Shown: one piece after another, positions 57,729-64,000 of the stretch
Numbering within the stretch: position 1 is the first letter of the stretch
Layout: every line of letters starts with the position of its first letter
From: an uncultured Actinomycetes bacterium
GTDB taxonomy: Bacteria; Actinomycetota; Acidimicrobiia; Acidimicrobiales; AC-9
Assembly (NCBI GenBank): GCA_963731255.1
Contig: CAVSUO010000007.1
Span: 9,755-73,754, forward strand
Direction: 5' to 3'
DNA length: 64,000 nt
Position numbers and translations under genes: made by a program
The notes under the pieces: generated by a model
The model's input: only the letters and a program-made list of their open reading frames with translations
The model's database searches: none
Told to the model about the DNA's origin: nothing

Positions 57729-58291
57729 CAGGGCTCCTTGTGTCGCTGTTGTCGCTTGCCCCCCGGGCGGCTGGGCAGGTGCTCGTCCTCCTGCCACCGG
57801 GCCATCGTCCAGCACAGGTCGGACAGGCGGTTGAGATAGGGCCCCACCTGCGATCCCTCGGCCAGCGTGAAGGAGAGCCGCTCCGCCCGGCGCACCACCG
57901 TGCGGGCCAGGTCCAGCAGGGCTGCCACCCGCGTCTGTCCGGGGACCACGAACTCGGTCGGCATTTCGAACCGCTCGTCGAGGGCGTCGATACGATCCTC
58001 GAGAGCTGCCACCATGTCGCCGGTGACCAGGCTGACACCCGGAGTCAGCTTGTGCCGGTTGTCGGGCGCCGTCGCCACCTCGGCCATCAGGACCCACAGA
58101 TCCCGTTCCAGGGCGACCAGCAGGTCGTCGAGCTCCGAACCCCGCGGCGCCTCGGCCCGGGCGACGCCCAGCACGGCCTGGGCCTCGTCGACCGCCCCGT
58201 TGAGATCGATGGTGGCTGAGTCCTTGCGCACCCGGCCTCCGTACAGGAGGCCGGTGGTGCCGTCGTCGCCTCGCTTCGTGTAGATCTTCAC
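57728..58291 (-). CDS. ATP:cob(I)alamin adenosyltransferase, PduO type
   Basis: Intact 187-aa ORF reading MKIYTKRGDDGTTGLLYGGRV.... Confidence 0.9.
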   Translation of the reverse strand: MKIYTKRGDDGTTGLLYGGRVRKDSATIDLNGAVDEAQAVLGVARAEAPRGSELDDLLVALERDLWVLMAEVATAPDNRHKLTPGVSLVTGDMVAALEDRIDALDERFEMPTEFVVPGQTRVAALLDLARTVVRRAERLSFTLAEGSQVGPYLNRLSDLCWTMARWQEDEHLPSRPGGKRQQRHKEP

Positions 58292-58407
58292 GGCGGCCTC
58301 AATCTACCGGCGACCTCTCGTCCGGCGGCCACGCCGCCCCGGCGGACCCGGACGCCGCCGGCCGCCAGTCCGAGGTCTCGGCGCCTCCCCGATAACCTGA
58401 GGCCCCG

Positions 58408-61400
58408 ATGACCAGCTATCTCGAGGCCGTAGCCCAGCGCGTCGTCGTGTTCGACGGCGCCACCGGCACCAACCTGCAGCTGGCCGGGCTGGGCCCGGAC
58501 GACTTCGGCGGGCCCCAGCTCGAGGGCTGCAACGAGGTGCTGGTCACCAGCAGGCCCGACGTGGTCGCCGACCTGCACCGCTCCTTCCTCGAGGTCGGCG
58601 TGGACGTGGTGGAGACCGACACCTTCGGCGCCTTCCCCACCGTGCTGACCGAGTACGGCATCGCCGACCGGGCCCACGAGCTCAACCTGGCCGCCGCCCG
58701 CCTGGCCCGGGAGGTGGCCGACGGCTACGCCACGCCCGACCGCCCCCGCTGGGTCGCCGGCAGCATCGGCCCCGGCACCAGGTTCCCCTCCCTCGGCCAG
58801 ATCCGCCTCGCCGAGCTGCGAGACGCCTACGAGGTGCAGGCCCGGGGGCCTGCTCGAGGGCGGCGTCGACCTGTTCGTCATCGAGACCGTGTTCGACCTC
58901 CTCCAGGCCAAGGCGGCGATCATCGCCTGCCGGCGGGCCATGGCGACCGTCGGACGTCAGGTCCCCATCCAGGTCCAGGTGACCATGGAGCTGACCGGAC
59001 GCATGCTGCCCGGCACCGAGATCGGGGCCGCCCTGTGCGCGCTCGACGCCATGCGCCCCGACGTCATCGGGCTCAACTGCGCCACCGGCCCGGCGGAGAT
59101 GGGCGAGCACCTCCGCCACCTGTCGCACCACGCCCGCATGCCGATCTCGTGCCAGCCCAACGCCGGCCTGCCGTCGGTCGTCGACGGCCGGATGCACTAC
59201 GACCTCACGCCGGAGCAGCTGGTCGAGTTCCACCGGCGGTTCATCACCGACCTCGGCGTGACGGTCGTCGGCGGGTGCTGCGGCACCACCCCCGAGCACC
59301 TCCGTCAGGTGGTGGAGAGCTGTGGCGGGCTGACGCCTGCCCGTCGCACCCCCGAGCCCGAGCCCGGGGCGGCGTCGCTGTACACGAACGTCCCGTTCTC
59401 CCAGGAGACGTCGTTCCTGGTCGTCGGCGAGCGAACCAACGCCAACGGCTCCAAGCGCTTCCGCGAGGCGATGCTGGCCGAGGACTGGGACACCTGCACG
59501 GCGATGGCCCGGGACCAGGTGAAGGAGGGCGCCCACCTCCTCGACGTCTGCGTCGACTACACCGGCGCCGACGGCCCGGCCGACATGGAGCAGGTCGCCA
59601 GCCGCCTCGCCACCCAGGCCAGCCAGCCCATCGTGCTCGACTCGACCGAGGCCGAGGTGGTGGAGACGGGGCTGGCGTGGATCGGCGGGAGAGCCGTGCT
59701 CAACTCGGTCAACCTGGAAGACGGCGACGCCCCGGGAACCAGGCTCGACCGCTTCCTCTCGCTGGCCAGCGAGTACGGGGCCGCCGTGGTGTGCACCTGC
59801 ATCGACACCGAGGGCCAGGCCCGCACGGCCGAGTGGAAGCTCCGTGCGGCACGGGCGATCCACGACATCGCCGTGGACCGCTACGGGCTCGAGCCGTCCG
59901 ACCTGCTGTTCGACCCACTCGCCCTCCCCCTGTCCACCGGCATGGAGGAGAGCAGGCGCGACGGCATCGAGACCATCGAGGGCATCCGCCGCATCAAGGC
60001 CGAGCTTCCCGGCGTGTTCACGATCCTCGGCCTGTCCAACGTGTCCTTCGGCCTGTCCCCCGCCGCCCGCCACGTGCTCAACTCGGTGTTCCTCCACGAG
60101 TGCGTCGAGGCCGGTCTCGACGCCGCCATCGTCCACGCCGGACGCATCCTCCCCCTCAACCGGATCGACGAGCAGCAGCGACAGGTCTGCCTCGACCTCG
60201 TCTACGACCGGCGGCGTGACGGCTACGACCCGCTGTCCGAGCTGCTGTCGCTCTTCGAGGGTGTGTCGTCGAGCGCCACGACGGCCGCCGAGGACCGCAG
60301 CGGCTGGACCCTCGAGCGCCGCCTGGAGCAGCGGATCGTCGACGGCGACCGCAACGGGCTCGAGCCCGAGCTCGACCAGGCCCTGGACAGCGGGTGGTCC
60401 GCGCTCGGCATCGTCAACGACCTCCTCCTCGCCGGGATGAAGACGGTGGGCGAGCTGTTCGCCTCGGGCGAGATGCAGCTCCCCTTCGTCCTCCAGTCGG
60501 CCGAGACGATGAAGGCGGCGGTCGCCTACCTCGAGCCCCACATGGAGCACTCCGACCAGGGCGGCAAGGGCCAGGGTCGTGCTGGCCACGGTGAAGGGCG
60601 ACGTGCACGACATCGGCAAGAACCTGGTCGACATCATCCTCACCAACAACGGCTACGAGGTGCACAACCTCGGCATCAAGGTCTCGATCGGCGAGATGCT
60701 GGCCAAGGCCGAGGAGGTGAACGCCGCACGCCCTCGGCATGAGCGGCCTGCTGGTGAAGTCGACGCTGATCATGCGCGAGAACCTCGAGGAGATCAACGG
60801 ACGTGGGCTGTCCCGCCTGCCCGTGCTGCTCGGCGGGGCCGCGCTCACCCGGACCTACGTCGAGCGGGATCTGCGCCAGGTCTACGAGGGCCGTCTGTTC
60901 TACGGCCGCGACGCCTTCGAAGGCCTGCGCACCATGGACCGCCTGTGCGAGCTCGAGCGGACCGGCGAGGAAGACCCCGACTTCGGCCGCGGCGCTGGGT
61001 GGTCGGGATCTGCCGCCCCGCAAGAGCCAGCAGACCGCCGAGGCCAAGCCCGGACGAGATCCCCGACCGCTCGCCCGAGGTGCCCGCGGACAACTCCGGT
61101 GTTCGACCCCCCGTTCGTCGGCTCGGAGCTGGCCAAGGGCGTCGCCATCGACGAGATCGCCGCCTATCTGAACGAGACGGCGCTGTTCCGCAACCAGTGG
61201 GGCTACCGACCCGAGGGAGGCGAGTCGGACGCCGAGTTCAAGGCCCGTGTCCGCGCCGTGCTGCGGGAGCAGCTGGGCGAGGCGCGGGCCAGCGGCGTCC
61301 TCGTGCCCCAGGTGGCGTGGGGCTACTTCGCCGCCAACGCCGACGGCGACGACCTCGTGATCTGGAAGGACGAGGCCCGCCAGGCCGAGTGGCTCCGGTT

Positions 61401-61886
61401 CGCGTTCCCCCGGCAGCAGAAAGCCACCCTGGCTCTGCATCGCGGACTTCTTCCGGCCGGCGTCGTCAGGAGATCCCGACTGGGCCGCCTTCCAGGTCGT
61501 CACCATGGGCGAGGCGGTCTCGGAGGCGACGGCCCGGCTGTTCGCCGACGACCAGTACCACGCCTACCTGCTCCTGCACGGCCTGGGGGTCGAGATGGCC
61601 GAGGCGCTGGCCGAGCTGTGGCACCGGCGCATACGCGAGGAGTGGGGCTTCGCCGACGAGGACGGACCCAGCCTCGGCGGGCTGTTCCGCCAGCAGTACC
61701 GCGGCGGGCGCTACTCGTGGGGCTATCCCGCCTGCCCCGATCTCGAGGACAACGCCAAGGTCGTCGAGCTGCTCGGAGGTCGATCGCATCGGCGTAGAGC
61801 TGAGCGAGGGGTTCCAGCTCCACCCGGAGCAGACCACGTCGGCCATCGTCTGCCACCATCCGCGGGCCAAGTACTTCGTGGCCTGA
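58408..61886 (+). pseudogene. metH: Cobalamin-dependent methionine synthase, at least 7 frameshifts
   Basis: All modules are recoverable: Hcy-binding (VVFDGATGTNL, GLNCATGP, GGCCGTTP), pterin-binding (LVVGERTNANGS), B12 cap and B12-binding ([14 protein letters not shown]), and AdoMet activation domain (...[14 protein letters not shown]...HPRAKYFVA). Confidence 0.9.
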
Positions 61887-61898
61887 CGCAGCGCTCGA

Positions 61899-62635
61899 TC
61901 AGAGCGCCAGCGTCGCACCCCCGTCGATGACGATCGCGGCGCCGTTGATGAACCTCGCGGGCTCGGAGCACAAGAAGGCGACCACCTTGCCGAAGTCGGC
62001 GGGATCACCCATCCGGACGCCGGCGCCGCCGCCGAGCTCGGTCATCCGCTCGGTGGCGTGCGGCCCGGGACAAGCCAGGTTGAGGGTGATCCCGTCTCCG
62101 GCGAGATCGCTCGCCGCCGTCTTGGCCCACGCCCACAACCCGACCCTCGCCGTGTTGGACAGGGCCAGCGTCGGGATGGGCTGCTGGACCGAGTACGAGG
62201 TGATGAAGCAGATCCGCGCCCAGTCGCGGTCACGCAGGTGCGGGACCGCGGCGCGAGCCAACCGCACGGAAGTCAGCAGGTTTGCTCCGATGGCTGCCTC
62301 CATGCGCGGCGTCGTCGACCTCGAGGGCGCGGCCGGCCGGAGGGCCTCCGGCGTTGGCGACCAGGATGTCGAGACCGCCGAAGCGCTCGACCGTCTCCTC
62401 CACCAGCCTGGCCGGAGCCCGAGACTCGGTGACGTCGGCCACCACCGCTGCCACCTCCGCCCCGTCACGCACGCGCGACTGCAACTCGCCGTGGGCCGCC
62501 TCGACCGAGTCCTTGCTTCGGCCGCAGATCAGCACGCGCGCGCCCTCCTCGACGAGCGCCGCGGCCGACGCAAAGCCGAGCCCGCGGCGACGACGCGGTC
62601 ACGAGCGCGACGCGCCCATGCAGACCGAGCTCCAC
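61899..62635 (-). pseudogene. Short-chain dehydrogenase/reductase (FabG-like), about 3 frameshifts
   Basis: [16 protein letters not shown](R)GLGFASA, LDILVANAGG, ITSYSV and a C-terminus INGAAIVIDGGATLAL are found across frames. Confidence 0.75.
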
Positions 62636-62639
62636 GCGC

Positions 62640-63624
62640 TCAGCCCGCCACCGTGTGACTGGTCGCGGCCGCCGCCGCGCCCCTCGCGTGGTAACTCGAT
62701 CGGGTCAGGGGTGACGCCTCGACGTGGGTCAGACCGAGCGCCAGACCCGCCTGGCGCAGCCGGTCGAACTCCTCGGGCCGCCACCACCGGGCGACGGGGA
62801 GATGATCGGCGGTCGGTCGCAGGTACTGGCCGAGGGTGACGATGTCGACTCCGACGGCGGCGCAGGTCGGCCAGGGCGCCGATGACCTCGCCCTCGGTCT
62901 CGCCCATGCCGAGGATCAGGCCGGACTTGGTGAGGAGCCCGGCCTCCTTGGCCCGGCCCAGGACCGACAGGCTGCGGGCGTAGGACGCGGAGGGCCGTAC
63001 CGCCCGCTGGAGGCGGGCGACGGTCTCGAGGTTGTGGTTGAGCACCTCGGGACGGGCGGCGAAGATCGTCGCCAGCGCCGCGTCGTCGCCCTTGCAGTCC
63101 GGGATGAGGACCTCGACGGCCGCCCCCGGGCAGCGCCGGCGAATGGCCTCGATGGTGGCGGCGAACGCGCCTGCACCCCCGTCGGGAAGGTCGTCACGGG
63201 CGACTGCCGTGACCACGGCGTGGGCCAGGCCCAGGCGCGGCCGTCGCCTCGGCCACCCGCTCGGGCTCCTCCGGGTCGACGGGTAGGGGGTGGCGGGTGT
63301 CGACGAGGCAGAAGCCGCAGGCCCGTGGTGCAGCGTTCCCCGTTGATCATGAAGGTGGCCGTGCCGTCCGCCCAGCACTCGAAGATGTTGGGGCAGCCCG
63401 CCTCCTCGCACACGGTGACCAGGTCCAGGCTGCGCATCGTCTGCTTCGAGCTCCCGGTACTCCGGACCCATGACGGCCTTCGCCCGCAGCCAGGCGGGCT
63501 TGCGTGCGGTCAGTGACACGCCTACCGCCGGGTCGACCCCGGCCTCGGCGAGGCGTCCCTCGAGCCTGCTCGGCCCCGCCCGGGTGAACGCGGAGAGGTC
63601 CGACGGCGCCACACGCCAGGCCAC
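62640..63624 (-). pseudogene. lipA: Lipoyl synthase, about 4 frameshifts
   Basis: [23 protein letters not shown], the radical-SAM region (…INGERCT then a shifted CGFC), [19 protein letters not shown] and [10 protein letters not shown] are present. The likely stop is TGA 62640-62642 (...SHTVAG). The exact start is uncertain. Confidence 0.85.
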
Positions 63625-64000
63625 GTCCTGTCGCTCGGATCGGTCGGCCTCCCCGCCCCAGAGACGGACGCGCGGGCAGCTACGGCGTCGACGACCGTCG
63701 ACAGGTCGACGCGCACCCCCTCCGCCGCCAGCGACGTCACGGACTTGTCCGAGATACCGCAGGGAACGATGTGCCCGAACATGGCGAGGTCGGGATCGAC
63801 GTTCAGCGCGAAGCCGTGCATGGAGCGGCCACGGCTGATGCGCACACCAACGGCTGCGATCTTGCGGGGATCGGCGCCGTCGGGGTCGATCCAGACGCCC
63901 GGGTAATCGCCGAGCCGGCCGGCGCCGGGCAGGCCCACATCCGCGAGCGAGTCGATGACGAGCTGCTCCACCGACCGGACGTACGACCGGGTGGCTCCCG
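63522..64000 (-). pseudogene. lipB: Octanoyltransferase LipB, C-terminal part (gene continues off the right edge); frameshift near 63650-63680
   Basis: GVWIDPD...[36 protein letters not shown]. After ...[11 protein letters not shown] the listed frame becomes Arg/Pro-rich junk, so the true stop and the lipB-lipA junction are unresolved. Confidence 0.8.

Overview
The window is about 70% GC and looks actinobacterial. From memory, gene content and order match the conserved M. tuberculosis backbone (secA1/hpf, sahH, pmm, fbiA/fbiB, manB-wbbL-rmlD-LCP, fadE25, birA, accA3, lpdA, moeZ, then pepB, metH, lipA/lipB). I found about 57 protein-coding genes. I found no rRNA, tRNA, CRISPR array, transposase or integrase.

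The dominant technical feature is single-base frameshifts in about 28 conserved genes, many of them normally essential (ftsH, accA, metH, lipA, rmlB/rmlD, ugd and others). They cluster in blocks, while neighbouring stretches such as secA and 16.2-20.5 kb are intact. I read these as assembly or base-calling indels, not biological decay. I list those genes as 'pseudogene' over the full reconstructed span.

Most of the window is ordinary core chromosome, and I found no clear new multi-gene system such as a defence island. The observations most worth a second look are:
- a co-oriented acyl-CoA synthetase / class III cyclase / sirtuin module (41.9-46.4 kb);
- a plus-strand block at 53.3-56.3 kb with an orphan ParF-size ParA ATPase, a roughly 1-kb lower-GC islet of tiny genes, and a 219-aa unassigned protein behind a near-consensus promoter placed for leaderless translation;
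- a MoeZ-like enzyme with permuted domain order (rhodanese before ThiF);
- a nested pair of perfect inverted repeats upstream of secA;
- a stand-alone CofE lacking the FbiB nitroreductase domain;
- UDP-xylose and GDP-deoxyhexose modules added to the cell-wall linkage cluster.

All family assignments come from motifs I recognise in the translations. No database search was run.
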